A stretch of DNA of 20,000 bases from an uncultured virus (IMG/VR IMGVR_UViG_3300020050_008099) (Duplodnaviria; Heunggongvirae; Uroviricota; Caudoviricetes). Below the pieces are notes generated by a model. It saw only the letters and a list, made by a program, of their open reading frames with translations, was not told the origin of the DNA and did not search any database. The stretch lies in IMG/VR virus record IMGVR_UViG_3300020050_008099; one strand, given 5' to 3'. The stretch's first letter is position 1, and each line of letters begins with the position of its first letter. The position numbers were made by a program, and so were the translations under genes. Below are positions 1 to 9,088 of the stretch, one piece after another.

Positions 1-273
1 TGCTTGGTCGATGATCAGGGTGAAGTCTTCGTCGATGATGTCTTGCGGCTGGATAACTTTACCGCGCGAATAGGGACGGATTTGGATGTCCGGTTCGCGG
101 ATAATTTTAACCGAGTCACCGAAACTGGCAATTTCGCCAAAAAAATCGGTGTTAGTAACAGCTTGGACAACCGACGAACGCCGGAAAGCCAATTGAGCCT
201 TTTTAGAATAGATAACGGGCGAAAAATTGCCGTTAGGCAGGTTATTATGACCTGCAGCCGAAGGAAAAGCCAT
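1..273 (-). CDS. Major capsid protein, N-terminal part (runs off window)
   Basis: Not in ORF track. Manual translation from ATG at 273: MAFPSAAGHNNLPNGNFSPVIYSKKAQLAFRRSSVVQAVTNTDFFGEIASFGDSVKIIREPDIQIRPYSRGKVIQPQDIIDEDFTLIIDQA. AAGGA RBS upstream; follows scaffold; the 'GEI..GDSVKI..P' pattern is typical of P22-coat-like capsid N-termini. Confidence 0.88.
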   Translation of the reverse strand, partial: MAFPSAAGHNNLPNGNFSPVIYSKKAQLAFRRSSVVQAVTNTDFFGEIASFGDSVKIIREPDIQIRPYSRGKVIQPQDIIDEDFTLIIDQA

Positions 274-315
274 CTTTTTATCCTTTTGTTGATGGAATTA
301 GGATTTACGACCATC

Positions 316-399
316 AACACGCAAGGGCCATCTTTTCAAGGGTGGAGATTTCTATGCCTAGAATCTCGGCCTTTATTCATATGGGTAGTCTCTTGTGTT
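316..399 (-). promoter_or_regulatory. Structured leader upstream of capsid gene (long interrupted hairpin)
   Basis: Minus-strand nested helices CCAU/AUGG, AAGG/CCUU and GAGAUU/AAUCUC, with asymmetric internal loops CUAC x CC and CC x CAC, in the scaffold-capsid intergenic gap. Confidence 0.5.
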
Positions 400-434
400 T
401 TATTGGTAAGACTTGATCAACGTCTTGTCTTGTC

Positions 435-1217
435 TTACCGCGCCGCACCTGAGAGGTCGTAGACGAAAGAGCCATTACGAATTGCTGTTTGAATAGCCTC
501 TTCGTTTTTCTCATACTCAGCGAGCGACATTCTGCTAACTTGCGATTCCCTGTAAACGGTTTTATTACCTTCCGGGGGCACACTAGTTCCAGTCTTCTTA
601 ACTGCTAAAGCAGCTTCTTTATTGGTATCAACAGGTTTATCAAGAGTTTTCTTGTACTGTTTGATTGCCCAAATTACGTCATCAGCCTTATTCCCAAAAA
701 CCATATCTTGAATTGGTTTTGGTTGGCTGTTAGCCCAAGAGTGAAAATCCTCATCCTCGACTACTTCATCAAAGTCTGGGACGGCTTTTCTAATCTGGGT
801 CTCTTGTTTAATTTTGTGTACTTCAAGTTGAACTTTAGAAAGTTCTTTATTTGGTTCCTCAACCTCACCAAGAGCAATTGCTCTGATAATAGAGGCCGCT
901 TTGGGGTTAGCTCTTGCCCACTCCTCTGCCTCATCCGCACTAGGTAAGCTAGTTTTAGATTTTTCTGAAAGTTGCTTACGCAAAGCTTCAATCTCATCTA
1001 AGTGCGTTTGTTTTTCCTTTTCAGCAAAACGTCTCAAATCAGAATAACGTTTCTTAAAAGTCTCTTCGTCTTTATCGAGGGGTTTAGTCTCAACCTCAAC
1101 CTGAGGTTTTTGTTCGACCTCAACCCCCTCTTCCTTGATCTCGTTGGTGTTAACACCTTCGAGTTTTGCAATTTCATCTTCCAACGAAGAGATGTAGCGC
1201 GGAATAATAGCGTTCAT
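435..1217 (-). CDS. Capsid scaffolding/assembly protein
   Basis: 260 aa, acidic and coiled-coil rich (EETFKKRYSDLRR). C-terminal 'MSLAEYEKNEEAIQTAIRNG' helix of scaffold type; directly upstream of capsid; AAAGG RBS. Confidence 0.8.
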   Translation of the reverse strand: MNAIIPRYISSLEDEIAKLEGVNTNEIKEEGVEVEQKPQVEVETKPLDKDEETFKKRYSDLRRFAEKEKQTHLDEIEALRKQLSEKSKTSLPSADEAEEWARANPKAASIIRAIALGEVEEPNKELSKVQLEVHKIKQETQIRKAVPDFDEVVEDEDFHSWANSQPKPIQDMVFGNKADDVIWAIKQYKKTLDKPVDTNKEAALAVKKTGTSVPPEGNKTVYRESQVSRMSLAEYEKNEEAIQTAIRNGSFVYDLSGAAR

Positions 1218-1256
1218 AGTAACCTTTCTGGGGCCAACATTTGTTGGGTAGCCATA

Positions 1257-2081
1257 TTATTTTGAATTCTTTTTGTCTTTTTCAGACTTTGTGGGTTCTT
1301 TATCTTCTTTTTTAGGTGTAGGTTCTTTACGTTGAATAATACCTGTTTGTTGTGCTACATCTTTTACAATAGCAGCCCCAGCCCCAAGCATTCCACCTCT
1401 TTGTGGTTTGTAATCACCAGCACCCTTAAGACGATCATACGATTTTTGTAATTGTCCGACTTGATCTGGGGTAAGTTTATTACCTTGTAAGTCAGTTCCG
1501 TTTTTTAACATCTCTTCCATTTTAGTTGGAACAGTGTTATTTAAATAGTTTTGTCTAGCCCTCATGGCCAAACCCCCAAGTGGGACGGAGCCAACCAGAC
1601 CCTCAATAACTCGGTTTGGAGTTGAACCTAAGTTGTTTGCATAATCATTAAAATTTTTGTAAGACCATTTATCAACACTTCCTGCTAATCCTGTAACAGG
1701 TTCATGTGTCGATTCTCTACGACCATTTTGATTACCAATCATCCAAGGTGGAAGCTCTTCATTAGGAACCTCAATGGGTTTTGCAGCAATTTGGGGTTGC
1801 ACAAGACCCCCAGCAGCCATTTTTATAGGCTCTTCTTGAGTCGGGGCTCCAGAGACTTGCAACTCCTCCTCTTTAAAGGGTAGGTCATCACCAGTCATTT
1901 GTGCAAGGGCTTCTTTAGCTCTTGCTACAAGAGATTCAATTTTTTCTAGCCCAAGGTAACGAACGACATTAGCAGGGATGATATATTCACCTTCACTAAC
2001 TTTTGCGTCAACATCATCTCTAACTTCTTTTGGCATTGCCCCCGGAGGAACTGGATTCCCACTAATTTTATCTACTTCCAC
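1257..2081 (-). CDS. Hypothetical virion-associated protein
   Basis: 274 aa ORF in the head operon with N-terminal PPGAMPKEVRDDVDAKVSEGEYIIPANVVR motif; overlaps the upstream stop. Confidence 0.7.
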   Translation of the reverse strand: MEVDKISGNPVPPGAMPKEVRDDVDAKVSEGEYIIPANVVRYLGLEKIESLVARAKEALAQMTGDDLPFKEEELQVSGAPTQEEPIKMAAGGLVQPQIAAKPIEVPNEELPPWMIGNQNGRRESTHEPVTGLAGSVDKWSYKNFNDYANNLGSTPNRVIEGLVGSVPLGGLAMRARQNYLNNTVPTKMEEMLKNGTDLQGNKLTPDQVGQLQKSYDRLKGAGDYKPQRGGMLGAGAAIVKDVAQQTGIIQRKEPTPKKEDKEPTKSEKDKKNSK

Positions 2082-3691
2082 GGCTTCTTCTTTCTAGTGT
2101 TGGCCCAATTCTCATTCTCTATCAAGAGATTATTTAAGACCTTTTTGAAATCATAGTGATCAAACAAAGTCGATAAATTCTTGTCATAGTCATTTTTAGG
2201 ATGTCTGAGAGAACGTTGTTCAGGGGTTAGCTTTCTACGGTTTGCAGTGGCTCTTGCCTCTGCCTCCCCAATATCCCGTTCGTACAAATCGAACGATAAC
2301 TCTTTTAATTCTGCTTGTTTGTCACTGGGAATGGCTGGAAAATAGCTATAAGTTCCTCGTCTCATACCACCAGAATAATAATTAGTTAGGTCTGAAAACT
2401 GATCTAAAGCATCCAAAAATTCCTCTGACAAACGACTCTTATAGACTTCACGCTCTTCAGTTATTTTTTTAAAGAATCTATCCCAGTCTTCCGCTAAAAC
2501 GTCTGGGGTATCCCCCCACAAATCATCTTCCCCAGCAATTCCCCAACCTTTTGGGGATTTTTGATTTAAAACTTCTTGTCGAAGTTCTAGGTTTTTATAC
2601 TGTTGGTGGAAAAGTTTGGAGTCTAATAAGTATTCTAAAGCATCTCTAGGAAGTTGTGAAAGGGTTTTATCTAAAGCTATTTGAACACCCTCTGGATTAC
2701 TGCCAACCCCAAGGACACCACCATCGGCTGTTTGCTCTAAGTGTTGCAACTCGTGCAGGAGGGTTTTCTTTAGGTCTTCCTCAGACAAAGCCTCAACTTC
2801 TATGTCACCAGTGTTTGGATTAAACAAACCGGAGTTTACATCATCCTTAGAGAGTTTTAAATCATTCGGGCCGATTTGTGAGCTAAAATGACTTTTAGTG
2901 TTTAGGGCATCCCAAAACTCTGGGTGGTCCACCATTTGGGTTGTATTTCCCGTGACAGTTAAACCTTTGGATTGGTTTTTCCACGCTTTAAGCAGTTGTG
3001 GACTAATCTCCATCTTATCATCAGAGATTTCAAATCTCCAACCATTAGGACTATTCCACCAACCAGTCCTCATCCAAATCTCTTCGTCTGAGTAATTACC
3101 TTGGTTTACCATCTTCTCAGCTTCTGCCAAAGCAACTTTATCAGCTTTAGGAGAATTGGGTCCAAAGAACATCCTTACGACAGTGGGGTCATAGCTCTTG
3201 GCAAGGACTTTCCCAGCCTCTTGGAGACCTTTTGAGATGGCCTTACCACCGGGGAGGGCTTCTGCTACACTAAGGGCAGTATTAGCCGCTCCTGCGGCCA
3301 TTTGGCCCTTGTCCCCAGCTTCCCAACCCTCTTTAAATTGTTTACCACCCTCCTCGGCACCAAAGATAACTCCAAGAGGGGTTAAATCAGCCGCTCCAAC
3401 AGGGTTATTAGGATTTGTTCCAGCAAGGTTAGAGGAAATTCTATAAGCTTCTCCTTTTGGTAAACCTAAATCTTCACCAATTGTTTGGAGATTACTTTGA
3501 AAATTTTCTCTTCTAGTCGGGGTGTAAGCAGTTAGCGTATCTGTAGTTTGGTAATTAGGGTCTGGTTGAGACGGAGTGAACCACCCCGCCTCTTCCAGTT
3601 CCTGTTTTGTATACCCAGCCGCATAGAGGTCTTCCTCATCCGCGCCTTCGCCAATGTAGGATAGCAGGCTATTAAGACGTTTCTCGTCCAT
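2072..3691 (-). CDS. LPD23-like domain + zincin (HExxH) metallopeptidase-like protein
   Basis: IWMRTGWWNSPNGWRFEISD resembles large-polyvalent-protein domain 23. LLHELQHLEQ and YERDIGEAEARAT resemble the zincin motifs of polyvalent proteins. Confidence 0.7.
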   Translation of the reverse strand: MDEKRLNSLLSYIGEGADEEDLYAAGYTKQELEEAGWFTPSQPDPNYQTTDTLTAYTPTRRENFQSNLQTIGEDLGLPKGEAYRISSNLAGTNPNNPVGAADLTPLGVIFGAEEGGKQFKEGWEAGDKGQMAAGAANTALSVAEALPGGKAISKGLQEAGKVLAKSYDPTVVRMFFGPNSPKADKVALAEAEKMVNQGNYSDEEIWMRTGWWNSPNGWRFEISDDKMEISPQLLKAWKNQSKGLTVTGNTTQMVDHPEFWDALNTKSHFSSQIGPNDLKLSKDDVNSGLFNPNTGDIEVEALSEEDLKKTLLHELQHLEQTADGGVLGVGSNPEGVQIALDKTLSQLPRDALEYLLDSKLFHQQYKNLELRQEVLNQKSPKGWGIAGEDDLWGDTPDVLAEDWDRFFKKITEEREVYKSRLSEEFLDALDQFSDLTNYYSGGMRRGTYSYFPAIPSDKQAELKELSFDLYERDIGEAEARATANRRKLTPEQRSLRHPKNDYDKNLSTLFDHYDFKKVLNNLLIENENWANTRKKKPWK

Positions 3692-3875
3692 TTAATTCAT
3701 CCCTCAACCGTTCCATACGTTTGTAAGCAGTTAGTTGACCCTGCAGTCTGTAAATAATGTGTGGGTCAACAGCCCCTTCAAGTTGGAGACGAAGTTCAAT
3801 GATACGAGAATTGACCCATTTGTGAAAATCTTCTTTCACCAAAGGTGTGTTAAGTGCTTGTTTAAGAAATTCCAC
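3672..3875 (-). CDS. Small hypothetical protein after portal
   Basis: 67 aa helical ORF (IYRLQGQL) overlapping both neighbours in the operon. Confidence 0.7.
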   Translation of the reverse strand: MEFLKQALNTPLVKEDFHKWVNSRIIELRLQLEGAVDPHIIYRLQGQLTAYKRMERLRDELNGRETS

Positions 3876-5934
3876 TCACAGCCCCTGTATTTGCGCTAAA
3901 ACCAGATTCTCCGGGTGTTGGGACAGTTCCTGTGCCCATCATACCTCCACCAGAACCTTGTGTATCACCAACCTGCGCTCCGGGAGGAGGGGCTTGTTGT
4001 GAACCACCAGCGGGGGGCATAAAACTCTTAAGCATTTCAGCTTGAAGAGCTGCATCAGCAAGGGAGTTTGTAACCTTATCCTCGTCCAGATCAAGGGCCT
4101 TTGCAATTTCTCTGACAATAATATCAAGCTTTGCAAAAGGTGCAAGAATTGGGTTAGAAACAACCCCCAAGAATTGCATGAGACGTTGGCTTCTGACTTC
4201 ATTAGCCATTAAGCTTTCTGTGCCACGAGCAGAAACCTCAAGATCACCTTTGATTTCTGGGTCATAATCAAACTGCATATTGAATGCAAAGAAAGATTTC
4301 CCAATAGGAGCAAGCAAATAGTCGTCAAGGTTTTTAACAACTGTCCTGATGCTACCATTAGCAGCATTCATTAGCATAGAGATGCCAGAAGCTGTTCTAC
4401 CAACCCCTTGAATACCTGTTTGCCCATAAGAGTAAGAAGGAAGGCCCGTACTTTCATCTGCTAAAACACGAGCTTTGTCAAACAGAGCTAAGTTTTGTTG
4501 AGCCACATTTGGATATTCAGTCGCAAAAAGAGCTTGTCCGGGAGCACCAGCTTGCCTACGAATAACCTTGCCGGGGTACATTTTCAAGTCTTGTCCGGGG
4601 ACAAGGTTAGTCTCGTCTACTTCAAAGACAAGGTTGCCAGAAAGCGCAGCATTATCCACTGCCATACGCATAAAGCCATTCATCAGCATTTGCGTGTCTT
4701 CCATATTTTCAGCAACACCTACACCAAAGAAGCTGTAAGGGTTCATCTCATATGGGGCAGCATGATAAGGAATACGAGCTGGGTGAAAAGGGTTAATTAC
4801 ACAACGAAGAACTCGATTATTGCAAACCCAAATATTTGCGCTGACAATCTTATCGTCTTTGATTGCTTTATCTAGCTTAACACCACGTTCACGAAGGAAA
4901 CGGGCTTCTACATATCCCCAATATTCTAAAACTTCCCAACGTTCTACATCAGGATGGTTTACACCATCTTCCATGTAGCTTTCCCAATATTCACGAACGT
5001 AGTTGGCCCCCATATCAATGGCGTCTTCAACTTCTTCATCCCTAAACATAGGTCTTTTAGAAAGGTCTTTCAAATCACGTCTCGACATCTTATGTCGTTC
5101 GATAATGTATTCAGCTTGATCCATGTTAATGGCATCAGGGTCTGGATAAAAATTCCAGATAGAGACATGAGAAAGTGTGGGAACAGTTTTGAAGATTGGT
5201 TTATATTCTCCGCCATCCTCCCACTTAGGGTATTCTTTATTAAGGGCTAGAGGGCCTTTAACAATACCTGTACCAAACAGTGCACACTCAAAAGCCGAAG
5301 AACGAAGATGTTTAGAAGCCCCACACTCATCGAGTTGGTCTTTGATTTTCTTTTCCATCTTTTTGGCAGCAATATGTGCCGGATGGAAAGTCACAGCCGT
5401 AGGACTTGTTCCGGGGCCAAGAACTAATTTATCTGAGACAGGAGCTAGTTTTTCTTTTAACGGGCCTGTAAGATTATGTACTGTTGAGCCGGGCTTTAAA
5501 CTAGGTCCATCTTTAGTTCCAAAGGGACTAACAGGGGCTGAATTAGCTCCTGCTGGATTTTGCGGGTCAAAATGCACATTATCTGCGACACCCTCGGGTA
5601 ATTTAGTTTGGTCTACTGCAATGGGGAATTCCCCGCCACCAAAAAGAACCTCTACAATTTGTCCGTAAGCGGCTAAAACTTTTGTCTTGGTTACCTTTAC
5701 AAAAACCCTAGATTTCTCTGTATCTGTGAAAGCTAATGAAGGATCATACAACCCTCTATAGTTTCTATAAGACAACAGAAATCGTTGTTCATCTGCGTAT
5801 TTCTTTAATTTTGCTCTAAGAAAACGCTCCTCTACAAAAGAGGCGAGTTCGTCATAGGGTTTGGAATCATCTTCAAGAGATTCTGCATCTACATTCTCAG
5901 AGAGATATTCACTTTGAAGCTGTTCTTCGTCCAT
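3862..5934 (-). CDS. Portal protein
   Basis: 690 aa immediately after TerL. Motifs include SIWNFYPDP, PYEMNPYSFFGVGVAE, RMAVDNAALSGN and GRTASGISML (P22/podovirus-type portal). GGAAG RBS. Confidence 0.9.
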   Translation of the reverse strand: MDEEQLQSEYLSENVDAESLEDDSKPYDELASFVEERFLRAKLKKYADEQRFLLSYRNYRGLYDPSLAFTDTEKSRVFVKVTKTKVLAAYGQIVEVLFGGGEFPIAVDQTKLPEGVADNVHFDPQNPAGANSAPVSPFGTKDGPSLKPGSTVHNLTGPLKEKLAPVSDKLVLGPGTSPTAVTFHPAHIAAKKMEKKIKDQLDECGASKHLRSSAFECALFGTGIVKGPLALNKEYPKWEDGGEYKPIFKTVPTLSHVSIWNFYPDPDAINMDQAEYIIERHKMSRRDLKDLSKRPMFRDEEVEDAIDMGANYVREYWESYMEDGVNHPDVERWEVLEYWGYVEARFLRERGVKLDKAIKDDKIVSANIWVCNNRVLRCVINPFHPARIPYHAAPYEMNPYSFFGVGVAENMEDTQMLMNGFMRMAVDNAALSGNLVFEVDETNLVPGQDLKMYPGKVIRRQAGAPGQALFATEYPNVAQQNLALFDKARVLADESTGLPSYSYGQTGIQGVGRTASGISMLMNAANGSIRTVVKNLDDYLLAPIGKSFFAFNMQFDYDPEIKGDLEVSARGTESLMANEVRSQRLMQFLGVVSNPILAPFAKLDIIVREIAKALDLDEDKVTNSLADAALQAEMLKSFMPPAGGSQQAPPPGAQVGDTQGSGGGMMGTGTVPTPGESGFSANTGAVSGIS

Positions 5935-5949
5935 ATTTCTTCCTGTGTA

Positions 5950-7383
5950 TTAGTAACCCAAAACCGGGTCAAAAGGTTCGTAAGATTTTTGACTTCTAAT
6001 ATCAATATCCCAAATACTTGATCTAGGACGAGACATACAACCATAACGAATAGCGTCGTAAATGTGGTCTTCTGACTTAGTATCAACATCTTCTGGGTTG
6101 TTTTTGTCAAGTGGGATTACTGGCAACTGCGCAATTGCATGTGTACAAGTGTTAAAAAAGACAAGCCCCGGTTCCCCAGTGTAATCATCTACTTGAAGTC
6201 TTTTATGAACTTGGTTTTTACCACTAATTCTAGCACCACGGCTTCGGTCAGAAGGTCTCCAACGACATCCTCTTGCAATCATACGTTCTGCAATAGAGGG
6301 TCCAGTATCACCTCTTTGATGCCAGCAAGAGCTGTCAAGAACACCATAAGAGATTGGACCATCATCCTCTTCTAAATAAAGGATTATGTCTGCTAAGTCT
6401 TCTGCCAAAACTTTGTGTACGTACAATTCACGATAGACTATTAATTGGTCTTCTTCGTCTACAGCAAACCAAATAACTGCAGAGTGACTTCCATAACCAT
6501 AGTCACAAGCTCTGAAACGTCTCCACTGTCTAGGGATGTCAAAAGGTTCTACTACGTGAACGTTTCTGTTAAATTCAGGGAAAGCATTCCCTTCAATAAC
6601 ATCCCAATCTCCGTCAAGGAGTTTCCTACGTTCTGCCTCTCCAAGAGAGAGTAGGTTTGCCTCATAATCGCCAGAATCATACAAATAAGGGTTGTCAGAA
6701 AGTTTTGCCGGGATAAAACGTCTTTTAAAGAGGGGCTGACCCTCCTTAGAATGACCTTTTGGTCTTTTTAAAACTTCCCCTGTTTCAATGTCAGTCGCCC
6801 AAAAAGCTTTTCCCCAAGGTGCGGGGTCAACGAACATTTTTTTAACCCAGTTGTGGCCCGGACCTCCGGGGTTAGTCGTAGCCCGCATATACAGCTTTAA
6901 ATCTGTAGCGGTAGTTCTAAGACGAGAACGCATATAGTTCCACGTAAAAGGTGTCGGCCACTGGGTCAACTCATCAAAAGCAATGTACGTAAATGCTTGC
7001 CCTTGGTAACGAGAAACGTCTTGGTCTCTTTCAAGATATGACATCCACAATGTAGCACCAGAAGGGGCTGTCCATTGCATTTTTCGTTCAGACCAAGTAA
7101 TTCCCGGATAAGCTCTGGGGTAGAGTTCTTGGCTTTTCTGCACAAGTTCCCTTAATTCTTCAGTTGTTCTTCGGACAATTAGCCCTCTAAACTGCGGATG
7201 GGTCATATCTCTGAGTGCATCCGCTAAAATAGCGTAAGATTTACCACCCCCAGCGGCACCACCATACAAGACTTCTCGCTCATTTGCTGCAAGAAAGGTT
7301 GTTTGTGGGCCGGGGTTTGGTTTAAAAATCACATCTTTCTCAGCAATCTCCTCTGAGAAGACGTATTCAGGCAGAATCTCCAT
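5950..7383 (-). CDS. terL: Terminase large subunit (start uncertain: 7383 or 7509)
   Basis: Walker A YGGAAGGGKS, Walker B YIAFDE, coupling motif ATTNPGG, and RNase H-like nuclease motifs ACDYG and EDHIYDAIRY. Confidence 0.95.
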   Translation of the reverse strand: MEILPEYVFSEEIAEKDVIFKPNPGPQTTFLAANEREVLYGGAAGGGKSYAILADALRDMTHPQFRGLIVRRTTEELRELVQKSQELYPRAYPGITWSERKMQWTAPSGATLWMSYLERDQDVSRYQGQAFTYIAFDELTQWPTPFTWNYMRSRLRTTATDLKLYMRATTNPGGPGHNWVKKMFVDPAPWGKAFWATDIETGEVLKRPKGHSKEGQPLFKRRFIPAKLSDNPYLYDSGDYEANLLSLGEAERRKLLDGDWDVIEGNAFPEFNRNVHVVEPFDIPRQWRRFRACDYGYGSHSAVIWFAVDEEDQLIVYRELYVHKVLAEDLADIILYLEEDDGPISYGVLDSSCWHQRGDTGPSIAERMIARGCRWRPSDRSRGARISGKNQVHKRLQVDDYTGEPGLVFFNTCTHAIAQLPVIPLDKNNPEDVDTKSEDHIYDAIRYGCMSRPRSSIWDIDIRSQKSYEPFDPVLGY

Positions 7384-7744
7384 CGTCGGTTTGGGTGATT
7401 TTGGCTCCGATGTGGTCTTCTTCGAGCTGACGGATTTTTTCTTCGATCTTTTTGGTCCGTTCGGCCCAGTGTTTAAGAGAAGTTGCTCTTCGTTGCCTAG
7501 TTCGTTCACTTGCTAACCTTTTTCTTAAGCCTTCGTTAGAAATATACCTTCCGGTAATGTCAGTTAGCCAATTAGCTACTTCTCTTAACGAAAAACTTTT
7601 TACATGTTGTCTGGCTTTTTCTAAAGCCTCTAACTCAAAAGGGATTGGCAGGAGAATATCTGGGTCTTCTGGGTCTTCTTTGTAGCCAAAAGGGATTGTC
7701 CTAGAGATACGAGGGATTTTAAACCACTTCGTGTCTTCTGCCAT
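7367..7744 (-). CDS. DNA-binding protein upstream of TerL (PFGY + HTH-like)
   Basis: IPRISRTIPFGY...SLREVANWL...ISNEGLRKRL resembles recombinase-type winged-HTH DNA-binding segments. Confidence 0.7.
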   Translation of the reverse strand: MAEDTKWFKIPRISRTIPFGYKEDPEDPDILLPIPFELEALEKARQHVKSFSLREVANWLTDITGRYISNEGLRKRLASERTRQRRATSLKHWAERTKKIEEKIRQLEEDHIGAKITQTDDGDSA

Positions 7745-8203
7745 CTATTTACTCCAACTTAAGATTTTATCACACCAACCCAAAAGATCATCCTTATCTC
7801 TGTCAAGTTTCATGATATTAACTCTACGACAAACAAGCTGGATATTTCCCTCTTCGTAACCAAGGTCAGAGTTAATACGATCTATAGAGATATTAGTATC
7901 TATTTTACCTTGTCCACAAGTGTACGTCATTTTGACGCCAGAAATAGCACATAGTCCTTCTTGTGTGTTGTAAACAGATTTCAGATAGTCTAAAGTTAAG
8001 TGCCTACGTTCGGACTTTTTAACACACAAAGATTTTAAAAAATTTTCTACAGACCGTCCCCTATGAACAACACTGTACTTATGTTTATACACATATTTTG
8101 TTCTATAAGAAACACCACAAGTTTTACCACAAAAAATTTGAGTTTTTCTGCTTGGATTTTGTATAAACACTTTAGAGCAATATTTACACTCTTTTTCTTG
8201 CAT
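7745..8203 (-). CDS. His-Me finger (HNH-like) homing endonuclease with N-terminal Cys cluster
   Basis: CKYC..FCGKTC Zn motif plus GLCAISG...SIDRINSDLGYEEGNIQLVCRRVNIMK beta-beta-alpha nuclease pattern. Confidence 0.8.
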   Translation of the reverse strand: MQEKECKYCSKVFIQNPSRKTQIFCGKTCGVSYRTKYVYKHKYSVVHRGRSVENFLKSLCVKKSERRHLTLDYLKSVYNTQEGLCAISGVKMTYTCGQGKIDTNISIDRINSDLGYEEGNIQLVCRRVNIMKLDRDKDDLLGWCDKILSWSK

Positions 8204-8204
8204 A

Positions 8205-8455
8205 CTAGGACCGTTTAGGTTGGCGTCTGCGATTTACTGCCCTCGAAACAATTCTGAGATTAGAGGGGGAATTATCACGGGGCCGAAAATTTTTGTGGTC
8301 AATTTCTTTACCGTCGCCTTTATGAACCTTGCCAGATTTCATGGCCTCTCGTCTTGCTTTATTACGAGCAGCACGATCTTTTTTACCTTTTTCGGTTCCG
8401 TGAGTTGCTTGGTATTCTTTTCGAGCTACTGATAGTCGCGCTTACGCTCGGCCAT
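8205..8455 (-). pseudogene. Small HNH endonuclease interrupted by an 8-nt insertion/frameshift
   Basis: GGAGG RBS, then ATG frame MAERKRDYQ*. The body in another frame reads RKEYQATHGTEKGKKDRAARNKARR...GDGKEIDHKNFRPRDNSPSNLRIVSRAVNRRR*. Removing CAGTAGCT restores RDYRKEY and an 80-aa HNH protein. Confidence 0.75.
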
Positions 8456-9086
8456 CTCTTACCTCCAATCTCTCTGGGTTATTGTTAGCAACTGCTCGAC
8501 AAATTTCAATAAACTTATCAAGTGGTATATCGGACCTCCAAGAGTTTACGGCCCGACACACAAGTTGTATATTATCAGTCGTATAAGATTGGCCTGCATT
8601 AACTCTATCTACAGAAGCATTAGACCAATATTTAGTTCCGTTAGTCAATAAACAAGTTAAGGGAAGGCCACTAATAGCACACTTACCACCTTGTTTGTGT
8701 AGTAGGGCTAGTAGGTCATCTCTCTTAAGACCGTCCCTTTTCCTCCCAGACGAGTATAGTAGTCGAGAAAGATACCTAGACCAATTACCAGATATGTTTT
8801 CATACTGACTTTCCGTCGTCACAGAATCTGTAACGTATTTCCAACGGCCTTTGCAAGAGGGATTACAAAATTTTTGTTTTGTAGTTTTTGCGTTAAAAAT
8901 TCTCTGACAAACAGGGCAAGTTTTTTCCTCTTTAGGGAGGGTTAACTGAGCATCTAATCTCGCTTGACAAGCTTCTTTATAGGTTTCAAAAACACCAAGA
9001 TGTGTTTTTACACCCTTGTAAGACACAAAAGCAGCCCATTTTTTGCCTTTTGAGAAGACCCCTGCCACACGTTCTTTACTTGGCAA
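8442..9086 (-). CDS. AP2-domain + Cys-cluster + HNH-like homing endonuclease
   Basis: N-terminal GV...KKWAAFV...HLGVFETYKEACQAR (AP2-like), CPVC/FCNPSC, and GKCAISG...SVDRVNAGQSYTTDNIQLVCRAVN. TTG start with GAGG upstream. Confidence 0.8.
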   Translation of the reverse strand: MPSKERVAGVFSKGKKWAAFVSYKGVKTHLGVFETYKEACQARLDAQLTLPKEEKTCPVCQRIFNAKTTKQKFCNPSCKGRWKYVTDSVTTESQYENISGNWSRYLSRLLYSSGRKRDGLKRDDLLALLHKQGGKCAISGLPLTCLLTNGTKYWSNASVDRVNAGQSYTTDNIQLVCRAVNSWRSDIPLDKFIEICRAVANNNPERLEVRDGRA

Positions 9087-9088
9087 GG

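Noticed and set aside
4..462. 152-aa plus-strand ORF and 101-aa minus ORF (15-320)
   Set aside because: Shadows of the capsid gene, which is in another minus frame with an RBS and a recognisable sequence.
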